A stretch of DNA of 64,000 bases, taken from positions 1,635,573 through 1,699,572 of the forward strand of contig OZ316899.1 in assembly GCA_973895155.1 (NCBI GenBank). The letters are read 5' to 3'. This DNA comes from Marsupella aquatica (Eukaryota > Plantae > Marchantiophyta). How positions within the stretch are numbered: the first letter of the stretch is position 1; every line of letters starts with the position of its first letter. This document shows positions 10,901 to 22,255 of the stretch, piece after piece. Under the pieces are notes generated by a model. It was given only the letters and a program-made list of their open reading frames with translations, was not told the DNA's origin and searched no databases. A program made the translations under genes and the position numbers.

Positions 10901-12687
10901 AAATGACTCACCACCACACCTATCATGGTCACCCCGGACTGGAATAAGGAGTGCCATGTGTACGTCGATGTGTCAGGGTTCTGTATCGGGTCTGTACTCA
11001 ATCAGCTTGATGAGGACGGACGTGACCACCCGATCTACTTTGCTAGCCGTCAACTATTCACAGCCAAAAAAAATATTCTCCCACTGATCAAGAAGCTCTG
11101 GGAATAATCTACTCGTGTAAAAAGTTCCAACACTACCTGCTCAGATACAAGGTCATATTCCACACGAATCATGATAGCCTGAAGTACATGGTCAACAAAG
11201 CGGATGTGACAGGACGGATAGCCCGGTGGGTGCTACTTCTCCAGGAATTTAACTATGAAGTTTGGGTTCGGCCAGGAAAAGCATATCTCAACGCCGACTT
11301 CTTTTCAAGGCTGGACGGTGTACCAGTCGATCAGCCAATTAATGATACTTTTCCGTACGAGGAGTTGTTCCACGTAGGGGCGGGAGGGCCTACATGGTAC
11401 GGCTCAATAATCACCTTCCTCTTAACAGGCCGCATCCCCGACGGCATCAATCAGGAGGCTGCCGCTGTGTTTTTACGGAAGGCCGGGCCGTACGCTATGA
11501 TACAGGGTCACTTACATAAGGAAGGCGTTAATGGGAAGCTATGACGCTGCTTAGAGTATAAGGAGACGCTCATCGTTATGCGGGCCTTGCATGAAGAAGA
11601 AGCTGGAGGCCATTTTGCGGCTATCACGACAGCCCGAAAGATTATGGATTCAGGGTATTGGTGGCCTACGTTGCATTGGGATATACAACGTTTCATCAAG
11701 GGCTGTGACCTGTGTCCGCGGGCTGGGGCCCCACGATGATCTCATCATCACCCTCTCACGTCCGTGCTCCCCTTGGCACCTTTCAAAAAGTGGGGTATCG
11801 ATTATATTGGACCGTTCACTCTCGTTACCCGACGACAAAGATGCAGGTACATCCTGCTAGCTATAGATTACTCCACCAAGTGGGTCAAAGCACGGGCTAT
11901 GGTAAAGGACGACGCTGCAACCACCGCCAGGTTCTTATACGAGCAAATCTTCACCCGGTTCGGGCCGCCCTTGGAGTTAGTAAGCGACCGTGAAACACAC
12001 TTCCTCAATGATACCGTAGCCCAACTTACGGAGCGTTACCTAGTCAAGCACCGCAAGACTACCCCGTATCATCCTAAAGCCAACGGGCTGACAGAAAGAG
12101 CTAATGGTATCATCGGGAAGATCCTCAACAAGACAGTAGCCGCGCACAAAACGGATTGGGATGACAAGTTGTACGCAGCGGTGTATTCGTATAATGGCTT
12201 ACAAGACTACTACGAGTCACAGCCCGTACTTTCTTGTGTTTGGCCAATATTCGTTGGTGCCCATTGAGTTTGAAGTCCACACTCCCCGGGTAGCTTACCC
12301 AAAGCTAAAAGTTCGTCGGACAGAGCTTATCAGATTGAAGCATTAGAAGAAGCACGGCTACTGGCAGCTCGACACGTTGTCAAGCAGCAAGTAGCTTCCA
12401 AGAAGCAGCACGACAAAGGACTACGGAAGGTTGACGTCATGACAGGCGATCTAGTCCTACTGTACGATAGTAGGTACATGCAGTTTCCAGGGAAGCTTCA
12501 TACCCGTTGGTTAGGGCCTTTCCTAGTCAATCAGATCTACCCTAACGGATCTTTGGAACTCGCAACGTACGCCGGCGATTTACTACCCACGCGAGTCAAT
12601 TACGATTGTGTGAAGAAGTACCACCATCAAGACGGCGACGCCCAGAGTGATGTTCGCCAGGACGCTTCACAATTAAGCAGGGAGCTA
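7989..12687 (+). pseudogene. pol: Element A gag C-terminus and pol (two more CCHC knuckles, protease, RT, RNase H, integrase) with several stops and frameshifts
   Basis: CYNCEKPGHFAREC and CQVCKMEAHSTANC; protease VLVDGGAGVNIM; RT WVSPIVIVPKK...MPFGLCNAP...IFIDD; RNase H YVDVSGFCIG...YFASRQL; integrase KWGIDYIGPF...VSDRETHF...NGLTERAN. Confidence 0.92.
12675..12684 (+). other. Polypurine tract of element A
   Basis: AAGCAGGGAG, 3 nt before the LTR start TGTGAC; the equivalent context GGGGGAGCTA-TGTGA occurs in element D. Confidence 0.6.
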
Positions 12688-13054
12688 TGTGACACCGCTG
12701 GTATGGCGGGTAATGAGTAATTTGGTCTAACCACGCTTAGCACGCGTGTTAGGGGTATCTTAGGCCATTATTATTAGCATAACGACAGTATTTAGGTAGC
12801 CATTATGAGTAGGAAATCATTAGTCAATAAGGAGAATTCATGTTTGGGCTGGCGGTGGGTCGTCATTTGCACGCCCGGGTTGCGAGCATGGAATGGTCCC
12901 TTTTTCCCCTCCCTCGGGTCCGTATAACGAACTTCGAGAGGCGGCCACTGACACGAGCTGACCCGGACTAGAGAGGGGGCCGGTACACTGCGAGCGTGAA
13001 AGGATCGACCTATAAGCGACGAGGAGGCATTGGGCGATCGACAAGCTCTCAGGG

Positions 13055-13062
13055 TATAAAAG
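13055..13062 (+). promoter_or_regulatory. TATA box of LTR A
   Basis: TATAAAAG followed by a CT-rich tract and an ATG at 13161; conserved in LTR I (19496-19503). Confidence 0.6.
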
Positions 13063-13160
13063 GGGGGCCGATCCTTTGTAGTGCACCAGCTCTCCAGCCC
13101 ACACGCCAACTTTGATCCCAGCTCTCTCGCTTTTCCTTAGTCACCTGCTATCTCCTCTGA

Positions 13161-15716
13161 ATGTTGCACACAATCCTTTCTAGTTTGGCCATACGATTCT
13201 GGACTCAGTGGCCGACTCATTGAAACACGCCAACCCGCGCCGATACGAGATCGAATGCAAATACGAGAGAGCCATCCGCCTAGCAGGATGACACCACTAT
13301 CTCCTTAACTTTGATTACCTGTCCTAGAGCAAGCTTTACCGACCCGAAGAAGTATCAGGGTACTTCTTCGACGGAGGCAAATACATCGGCTTCTGGGAGG
13401 CACTGCTTCGGCTTCCGGATGAGGTCTTCAATATTCCGGGCACGATCGACTTACAAAGGCACCACTTCGACCACATCCCCGCTCGGGTCCGGGCTATCAT
13501 CAAGGGCAAGTTCAACACTACCCGGTCGATAGGACCATCTTCACTTGCGTCGGAAAACCTCCACCGGCACTTGTAGAACTTCATGGCAACTCTACCATCA
13601 ACGACCAGTGCCGGCCAACCCGTGCCCGTACCTACACCTCCTCGGCCTCACCCAAGCCGGTCCCCGCCACCGGTTCCACCACCTCTCCAAGTACAATCCA
13701 TGGTGAATGCGGTACATATCAGCTCCAAAGACAAGGAGGCTCACCCTCCTCTGAATCGACGACCGCGGGGTATGAACAACCCCACACCACCCCAACAAGC
13801 CCGAGGGGACAACACGGTAACGCTAGCGGCCCCGACACCAATACTCACGGCAATCGCGCTACCACCACCTGACCGAGAGGATGGAGAGATGTCCCCTTCT
13901 TCTAGTCACCCCAGGAATCAGTCTCGGGGTAGGAAGAGGAAGGAGCCCGCAGCCGTATCCAGGTTGCCTTTGGCCATGGTTGCGGTAGCCAAGTTGACCA
14001 TGCATCGCATGGGGGACAACGTTCACAAGAACATCCTCCACCCCAACCATGCATGCTATCTGAAGACCCAGGGGTTTGAGCACCTCGCCTCTCTCCCTTG
14101 GAACGGGAGCAGGTATTACGGGCAGGATATGACGGAGTTCATTCAGAACTTCGACGAGGCCCATCAACAAACCCGAGCGCACGGGAGAGTGATGTGTCTC
14201 AATGAGGCACGTCTGAAGATGATTTTCGGCTTACCCGAGGGGATAAACCGGGTAGAGTCGCGGGCTCCCTAGGGGCAAGGGAGCTAAATACCAGTCATCT
14301 AGCTTCCCAGCCAAAGGGGTAGTGGACAATGGGTTCTTAATGAGGACGTGCCTCATCTCGGAGGTAGCAGAACGCCTAGAGTTCCAACGGTATGCCCTCC
14401 ACATGATGGAACCTAGAGGAGAAATATCGGCCGCTCAGGTCATCCAGGTGGAGAACTATCGGCCCAGGAAGTGGGCGTCCTTCTTTGTCAAGAAGTTCCA
14501 CGAGGAGATGGAGCAAAGAAGGAAGACTTTGTACCTTGGTGGAAGGGCGTACTTCGCTAGCCACGTCAAAATCATCCTCGAGTGGTACGCTCATTTCGAC
14601 CGCCGGAGCCTCTCGCGTCTCAATGAGCCCAAGCTGACCCCGCCAAAATGGGTGTTCCCAGCCCAGGTGAGGCGACCGCAGCCCAAGGCCCCAAGTCTGG
14701 CAGCTGCAAGTCCTGCGACCCCGGCCTCGCAACCCGCCGCTACCGCCCTGCCATGCATACCCATTGACGTTATCGCGACCTTAAACGCCATCAATCGGGA
14801 CAATGCCATCAAAGCCGGGCCGGATGAAGCCGTACCCAAAGTAGATGCCACGGTAGCCAGGGAGATTCCTCCACCCCCTGAGGTTGTGCAGGAGAACCAT
14901 CCACCTCCAGTGGAACCATCCCCTTCGACCAACTTACCTCAAGGGCTGGATGTGTCCACTCCTACTCCCGCACGGGTTGGAGTCTGCCCGTGCCCGAATC
15001 CCAAAGGACACAGTCTAGACCATCCGGAACTCTTTGCGCCGGGCACATTTCTGAATGGGTTGTTGGGAGATTTCTCGCAACAGATTTCTCGGGACACCGG
15101 GGAATACATGGCCCAGAGGGTGTCCTACTTCTTCAACCAGGAGTTGGTTGCGGCAATAAGGGCAGGACATACGCAGGCAGAGACCGCGCAGAGAATAGAG
15201 CGATATCGGGTTGAGTCTGCCTACCTGAAGGACAAAGTGGCAACTCTGGAGGCTGAACTCCAGCAACTACGGCCTCAGGTAATGGCCACAGAGGACCAGG
15301 TCGCCAAGGCTAGACCCCAAGCAGCGTTGGCAGTACAGGCCGGGCTTGGAAAGGACGCCGAGATTGCGCAGCTCCGTACCAAGATTGACGGTTTGCAGGG
15401 GCAAGCCGTCAGTTGGCAAAAGGATCTGGAGGAAGCTGACTCCAGGTCTCAGCGGGACACAGCCCTGAAGGTAGAGGTGGCACGGCTTCAAGGAGAAGCC
15501 ACAAAACAGGCCCAGTTGGTGAACAAGCTGACGAGCGACACCCAGCAACTGGAGGAGGCATGCCAGGAGGCCGCGGAAGAGGCAGATGCGGCAAAGCGAG
15601 AAAAAGAATCTCTGCTGGACCAGGTCCAGCTACTCAAGCAGGACGCCGACAGGCTCAGAAGGCAACGGGATAGCCGCTCCCACTCAGGCGGCTCTGGCAA
15701 ACGTGCCAGGCATTAG
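13161..15716 (+). pseudogene. LTR A accessory ORF (Pro-rich N-terminal region, conserved central domain, C-terminal coiled coil), disrupted
   Basis: ATG at 13161, then a small deletion relative to LTR I, several stops and a frameshift at ~14270. Track ORFs 13583..14272 and 14322..15716 match the LTR I ORF. Confidence 0.8.
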
Positions 15717-18177
15717 CGATGAAGTAGGATTAGAGTAGAGTTAGGAATAGCTCAATTAGGCTATAGGGACAAGCACCTGCCCTAGTTAGAGCAGCACTGC
15801 CATGCTGCACAACCTGCGTAGATTAGGATCTTCTAATAAGACAAGCCGTTTTCCGGCCTAACAGCAAGCTTAGTTAGGACCTTAGGTAAGCGAATCTTCA
15901 AGCGCAAGGGCACTCCGTTCCTGGGCCCTTAGTATTTAATGCACCCCTCGGTAGAGGCAGGGGGGTTTTTAGTCTCAGTGTTGGACATCCGCGGTATGTG
16001 CGGGGAGTCCCGACCTCTGGGAGTGAAAGAGTACCGAGGGGAGGGTGTGGGACTAAGCTCGCTGGGCAAGTGCGGAGCCGGGCTCTGTTGTAATGTACAC
16101 CCTCGGCCTTGGACCTGTTCATTCCAGAACTTTTGGGTCAACTAAGTGTACGCATATGTCTCCTATGTAGTAAAATCCTTTCCCATTATTTCCTTTGTGT
16201 AAATCGAGATTGTATGCTTGCACGTATGTGTATGTGTGAATCTCGTGTATAGGTGCCAACGCTTGGCCGAACGCACTACCCAAGTTGGGCACAGGGTGCA
16301 GTTTGCGGGTAGTGGTTGCGAGCCCGGGTTGAGTACCCATATCATCAAATCCGGATCGAAGGCGGACAACACAAAGGCTTAGAAGCCTGTAAGCCGGGGT
16401 CGATCCTGTTATCGACTAAGGTACGTTCCGGCGGCGGAACACAAACCATACCTAGGAGGTGTCCGTATATGACCATAGGCGCACTTAGCGCTAGTTTACG
16501 TGAGTTAGGTGCATTTCGTGCATCCCTCCCTGCCCGAACCCTCATTTTGACGAAGGATGTGCCTGTCTAAGCCAAAGCCCGGGTTAAGGCCTAGGGCTGA
16601 CGACATGACAATTCACGATCCACACTATGCTGGACCGATTCTTTCACTGGGCTTGCGAATTGTGTATTGCTAAGACGCCTAATTCTCAATTGACTTCGTC
16701 GGGTATGTTTGTATTCCGCCCCCGGAATGTACCTCTACGGCTTAATCTCTTAAGCCGGCTGAAGGTTTTTCTCAGACCGACTCAACCCACACTTTAACCA
16801 ACAAAAAACTCTCAATCCTCAGTTTTCTCTCAGAGTTTGGTTTGGCAGTCTCCAATCAAGACAATGCGATCGTATAGCTTTGCAATCGCTCTATCTGACT
16901 CAAATCGATCAAGCGACAAGTATCACAACACACAATGCCATGATTGCAAGAATCTGTGAACTAGGCAACGAGGCCAACTCAATTCAAACAATTGCATAGA
17001 AATGGAATTTGTGGTTTACTGATAATCCGCGGTCTAGATTTAGCCGAGAAGTTATGCTAGTAATACAGAATTTACACTAGAGTCTTGACTAAGAAAAAGC
17101 CCCCGAGCCACGCTGCCCAGGTTTTTATCCTTGCAGCGCATCCAAGGGAATTGGTGGAAATCCGAACCACAAATCACGGCCTTCCACCGTGATAATCCAG
17201 CCAAAAAAACTAACACCTAACACAATTTGACTAACCCGGAACCCTGCGGGAACCAAGCATCTAATGCTACCTAAGCCGACAGGGCGCTACTTGCCCTGTC
17301 CCATCCTACAATGGCCGTGCCCTTCTGGCCCAAGCCCTTCTCCTACCGCCACGTCCTCCTTCCAACCGATGACTGGCCCTCCTTAATTGTCAGATGACCG
17401 GCGGTAAGCCCAAATCTTTTGACTCTGCACCTTCTCCTGCCATCGGCTCCGGCTTGATCCCTTCGGCTTCGTCGACCTCGGGTTCTGATTTATCGGCCCT
17501 GGCATTGGCAGCAGCAGCGGCATCTTCCTAGGAAACGGCTTGGATAGCGTTGGCCTTTACTTCCTCAATCCAAGCCTACTCTCCGATCCGTTTGGTATCG
17601 ATCTTCCATGGCTTCACATTCTTGTAGTCCATGGTGGTTGTACCAGTGTCTGAACCTGTTACCGCAGCTCCAAGTTCATCGGCATTACTTATCTCTACCA
17701 CGGCTGCCTTTGTAGCAACAGTCCCACAAATGTGAGCGGCCATACTCTCAACCTCCTCTGGAGTGGCCTTGAGAGGTACCCTAGCAGTCATGGGGCTAGA
17801 GGTACCCCACCTGCTACCAAATGCATTGCCTTACCCCCAGTTACTCTTGACAATATAGATGTCGGCTTCGGCACTTCAGTATTTCCGGCTACCACGCCAC
17901 TAGCGGGAGACCGTCCAGTTGGTGATCCGTGCCCGGCTCTGGCATACTTCCATAATTTCTCTGTTTGATTATCTGCACGCCTCTGCAAGCCAATCATCTT
18001 GTCTTTGGCCTCCTCCAGCTCTTGGGATAAATCCTCAACTTCCTCATTGAGCCGATGCGCCTCCTCTTTGGCCGTCTTGAGCTCCTCGTTTAAGATCTGC
18101 ATGATCTCAAACTCCTACTTATCCAAAGTGGCTCTCTGGGAATCGTTGATGCTTTCCAGCTTTGTGACCTCATCCGT

Positions 18178-19026
18178 TGTCGTGCCGAAAGATTTTGGCT
18201 CAAGAATGGCTTTTATAGGGGATGATGGGCGAGGCCTCCCGGTTGGGTTGCGTGCATGCTGACTCAGAGGGGCTCCTTGGTTGGATGGATTGAGGTTTGG
18301 TGATTGGGTGACTCGTCGTCACCAGGTTTGGTGTTTGGGTGCGTCACCAGGCTTGGAGTTTGGCTGAGCCTCACTGATGGCAACTGGCTCAGGCTGGATG
18401 GTTGGGTTTTCGATGCTACTTAAGACTTGAGCCTCGGCTCATTGAGGTTGGCGGTTGTCTATTGAGATCGGTTGAGTTGCGTTCTGTGAGTTTCGCTCCA
18501 TTCTGTGGAACTCAACTGTTGTGCGGCGGTTTTGGAACTCTGAGCGAGTGTTGGATCCAGGTGTGGAGTTTTTGATCCAGGCGGGGAATTTCTTGAGTTT
18601 GGAGTCTTGTTGATCCAGGCGGGGATTTCTCAGGTTTGGAGTCTTGTCAATCCAGGCGAGGATTTCTCGAGTTTGGAGCCTCGTTGGTCCAGGCCCGAGT
18701 TCCGTGTGAGCTATTTTAGACTAGTGGAGTAGCTAGTCAACTTTTGGTTTTGTGAGCTAAGGAGGATAGTTTTTCCGTTAGATGTTGAGTAGTTAGTCAC
18801 TCGAGGAGTTCTACTTGACAAGTTAGAGGTAGCGGCCCGCCGTAGGGCCAGCTACCAGACTCTTGCGGGCAAGCTTACTCGAGGGCACCTGTTGTAACCT
18901 TTGTGAGAAAAGTAAAAAATATAAAGGAGTGAGAGTTTGCTCCAAAAAGTGCTTGTCGCCTGTCCCAATCGCAGCCAGAAACGCGCAGTTTGCCCAAGGA
19001 GCCCCTAACTTTAAGTCCTCGCAACA
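18178..19026 (+). repeat. 5' LTR of element B (849 bp)
   Basis: TGTCGTGCC...CCTCGCAACA, a direct repeat of 26268-27115. Confidence 0.95.
18573..18703 (+). repeat. ~37-bp tandem repeat (about 3.5 copies) inside LTR B; also at ~26662-26792
   Basis: Unit (T)GATCCAGGCGGGGATTTCTYRAGTTTGGAGTCTYGT. Confidence 0.85.
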
Positions 19027-19027
19027 T

Positions 19028-19045
19028 TGGTGACCATACTGGGGA
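19028..19045 (+). other. Primer-binding site of element B, probably tRNA-Arg type
   Basis: TGGTGACCATACTGGGGA, 1 nt after the LTR. It resembles TGGCGAC...CTGGGGA tRNA-Arg PBSs after C>T changes; the tRNA identity is inferred. Confidence 0.65.
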
Positions 19046-19495
19046 TTCCTTGGGGCAATTGGATGAGATGGGTGACTATGACAAAGTTGATCGGATCTCG
19101 AGCATCGTCATGTCGATGATGAGAACCATAAGGAAGTGTGACGCCGCCGGTACGGCGAGTAATGAGTAATTCAGTCTAAACCGTGCTTAGCACGCGCGTT
19201 AGGGGTATCTTAGGCCGCTATGATTAGCATAATGATAGTAATTAGGTAGCCATTATGAGTAGGAAATCATTAGTCAATAAAGGGAATTCATGTTTGGGCT
19301 GGCGGCGCGTCGCCATTCGCACGCCCGGGTTACAAGCATGGAGGGGCCCCTCCCTCGGGTCCGTATAACAAACTTTGGGAGGCATCCACTGACACGCGGT
19401 GACTCAGACCGGCGGAGTGGCCGGTACACTACAAGCGTGAACGGCTCAGCCTATAGGCAACAAGGAGATGTCGGGGGATCGACAAGCCCTCAAGG

Positions 19496-19503
19496 TATAA
19501 AAA
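19496..19503 (+). promoter_or_regulatory. TATA box of LTR I
   Basis: TATAAAAG, 108 bp upstream of the in-frame ATG at 19604, followed by a pyrimidine-rich tract. Confidence 0.6.
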
Positions 19504-19603
19504 GGGAGCCGACCCTTTGTAGTGCACCAGTCCATCAGTCCACGCGCCAGCTTCGACCCCAGCTCTCTCGTTCTCTCTTAGTCGCCACTACTATCTCCTC
19601 TGA

Positions 19604-22255
19604 ATGTCGTACACGATCCTCTCCAGTTCGGCCATTTGATTCTGGACGCAGTTCCTATCTACCGGAAGACATTTGGCCGACTCATTGAAACACGCCAACC
19701 CGCGCCGATACGAAATCGAACGCGAGTACGAGAGAGCCATCCGCCTAGCAGGACGACACCACTACATCCTTAACTTTGACTACCCATCTCAGAGCGAGCT
19801 TTACCGACCAGCAGAGGTATCTGGGTACTTCTTCAACGGAGACAAATACATCGGTTTCTGGGAAGCATTGCTTCGGCTTCCGGACGAGGTCTTCAATATC
19901 CCGGGTACGATCGACTTGCAACGACATCACTTTGACCACATCCCTGCTCAAGTTCGGGCTATCATCAACAGCGAGTCCAGCACTACACGTTTGACAAGGT
20001 CGTCCGCACTTGCTTCGGAGAACTTCTACCAGCACCTGCAGAGCTTCATGGGAACTAGACCCGCAACCGCCGGCACCAGCCCAGTGGACCCCATACCCGT
20101 ACCCACACCAACGCAGACTCAGGCTCAGGCTCAGCTTCAGCCTCAGTCTCAGCCTCAGCCTAGCCAACCCCCACCACCGATCGCCCCGCCAGTAGTACAA
20201 GTACGCTCCGTCATCAACGCTGTGGACCTTAGCGACGACGACAAGGCTACCCCACCCTTGCTCAGGCGGCCCAGAGGAGCAAACACTCAGGGTGCCGACA
20301 CTACATCGTCCCCTCCCCATGCTCGGACCCAAGGAGCGGCTCCAACAGACAACACGGTGACCGTGGCCACCCCGGGACCAATACTAACGGCGGTAGCACT
20401 ACCTATCCCCGATCGAGAGGATGGGGAGGTGTCACCTTCCCCGAGCCAGTCACGGGGGAAGAAGAGGAAGGAACCCGCCACTGCATCCGGGTTACCATTG
20501 GCCATGGTAGCCGTGGCCAAGGTGACAATGCACCGCATGGGGGAAAACGTGCATAAGAACATCCTCCATCCCAAGCATGCGGTGTACCTGAAGACTCAGG
20601 GATTTGAGCACCTCGCCTCTCTCCCCTGGAACACTTGCAGGTACTACGGGGAGGACATGACGGAGTTCGTCAAGAATTATGATGACGCACGTCAACATAC
20701 TCGGCTGCGGGGAAGGAATATGTCCCTCACGGAAGAACGGCTCAAGATGATCTTCGGATTACCCGAAGGTGACCATCGAGTCAAATCATGGGCTCCCGGG
20801 GGCAAGGGAGCCAAGTACCAATCCTCAAGTTTTCCCTCAGAGGGAGCAGTGGACAACGGGTTCGTGATGAGGACCTGCCTCATCCCCGAGATAGCTGAGC
20901 GACTGGAGTTCCAAAGGTACGCCCTCCACATGATGGAACCCCGGGGGGAGATCTCCGCCGCCCAGGTTATCCAGGTCGAGAACTATCGACCTAGGAAGTG
21001 GGCGTCGTACTTCGCTAAGAAATTCCATGAAGAGATGGAGCGGTGAAGGAAGACGTTGTACATTGGCGGGAAGGCGTATTTCGCTAGCCACATCGAGATC
21101 ATTCTTGAGTGGTACGCTCGGTTTGATCGACGAACCCTTCCTTGTGTCAACGTTACAAAGCTGGTCCCAGCTAGGTGGGTTTTTCTGGCCTTGGAGAGAC
21201 GGCCCCAACCCGAGGCCCAAAGTCCAGCGGACACACAAGCTTCACCTACCCTACCTCCACAAGTAGCTGTAGTCGTAACCAAGGAGGTACTGGATGGGTC
21301 GGCTATCACAACCATAGATGCGATCCAACAGGCCGGGCTAAGTACCGAAGTCGGTACAGCGGAGGTCTTACTCGAGCCTGGGTCTCCCAAAGACCCACCG
21401 GTGGCTATTCTGGAAAATCGGACATTGCTGCAGGAGGACACTCCAGCCCCTTCCAACATTACGTCCCCAGGGCGGGATGTCACTGCCCCGGCCCCCGCGC
21501 GTGTTGACGTCTGCCCGTGCCCAACTCCGGACAGGCACAACCTGGACCACCTGGAACTCTTCGTACCGGGTACATTTCTGAACGGGCTTCTGGGAGATTT
21601 CTCTTATCAAATTGCCTGGGATACCGGGGAGTTCATGGCCCGAAAGGTAGCCTGTTTCTTCAATCAGGAGTTAGTTGTCGCAATAAAGGCAGGTCGGGCC
21701 CAATCAGAGGCATTTCAGAGGATAGAGCGGTACCGGGTGGAGTCCGTATACTTAAAGAACGAAGTTGCAACTCAAGAGGCTGAGCTTCTGCAACTACGAC
21801 CCAAAGTTGCAGCCGCCGATGATTTGTTAGCAAAGGCGCACGCTCTTACCGCCCTAGCCGAGCAGGCCAAAGCTGGGAACGAGGCCAAGATTGCACGACT
21901 CCGGAACCAGATTGACAATTTGAAGAATCAAACTGTCATCTGGCAGAAGGACCTGGAGGAGGCCGAAGAACGGGCCCAGCGGGACACTGCGGAGATAGCC
22001 ATGCTACAGGCCGAAGTGGCACGGCTCCAAACCGAAGCCGAGAAGCAGGACTAGCTGGCGGGCAAGCTGACGAGCGACGCCCAGCAGTTGGAGGAGGCAT
22101 GCCAGGAGGCAGCGGAGGAGACAGACGGGGCGAAGCGAGAGAACGAATCTCTGCTGGACCAAGTCCAACTCCTCAAGGCAGACAACGACAGACTTCGTAA
22201 GCAGCGGGATGGCCGCTCCCACTCGGGTGGCTCTGGCAAGCGTGCCAGGCATTAG
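19604..22255 (+). pseudogene. LTR I accessory ORF, 883 codons in one frame with three premature stops
   Basis: ATG 19604 to TAG 22253-22255. Stops at ~19637 (CGA in copy A), 21044 and 22052 are each one C>T away from a sense codon. Confidence 0.85.
20114..20163 (+). repeat. 6-bp CAGNCT-type repeat encoding QTQAQAQLQPQSQPQPSQ
   Basis: cagact caggct caggct cagctt cagcct cagtct cagcct; absent from copy A. Confidence 0.75.

Larger units (their letters stand above)
2501..16610 (+). mobile_element. Element A: degenerate Athila-like (non-chromovirus) Ty3/Gypsy LTR retrotransposon; 5' LTR and PBS not in the window; interrupted by solo LTR H
   Basis: Domain order gag-PR-RT-RNase H-integrase, then a PPT and a 3.9-kb 3' LTR (12688-16610). 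The integrase ends GKLHTRWLGPF...RVNYDCVKKYH without a chromodomain; EYEDVFAWS precedes RT. Confidence 0.9.
12688..16610 (+). repeat. 3' LTR of element A (3923 bp), protein-coding
   Basis: TGTGACACC...GACATGACA; colinear along its whole length with the TSD-flanked solo LTR at 19137-23153. Confidence 0.88.

Noticed and set aside
13161-15716. Labelling the LTR ORFs as env
   Set aside because: No clear signal peptide or transmembrane segment is visible, and they lie inside the LTR rather than between pol and the PPT.
18573-18703. CRISPR-like interpretation of the 37-bp repeats
   Set aside because: The units are contiguous with no unique spacers, there are no cas genes, and they sit inside a eukaryotic LTR.
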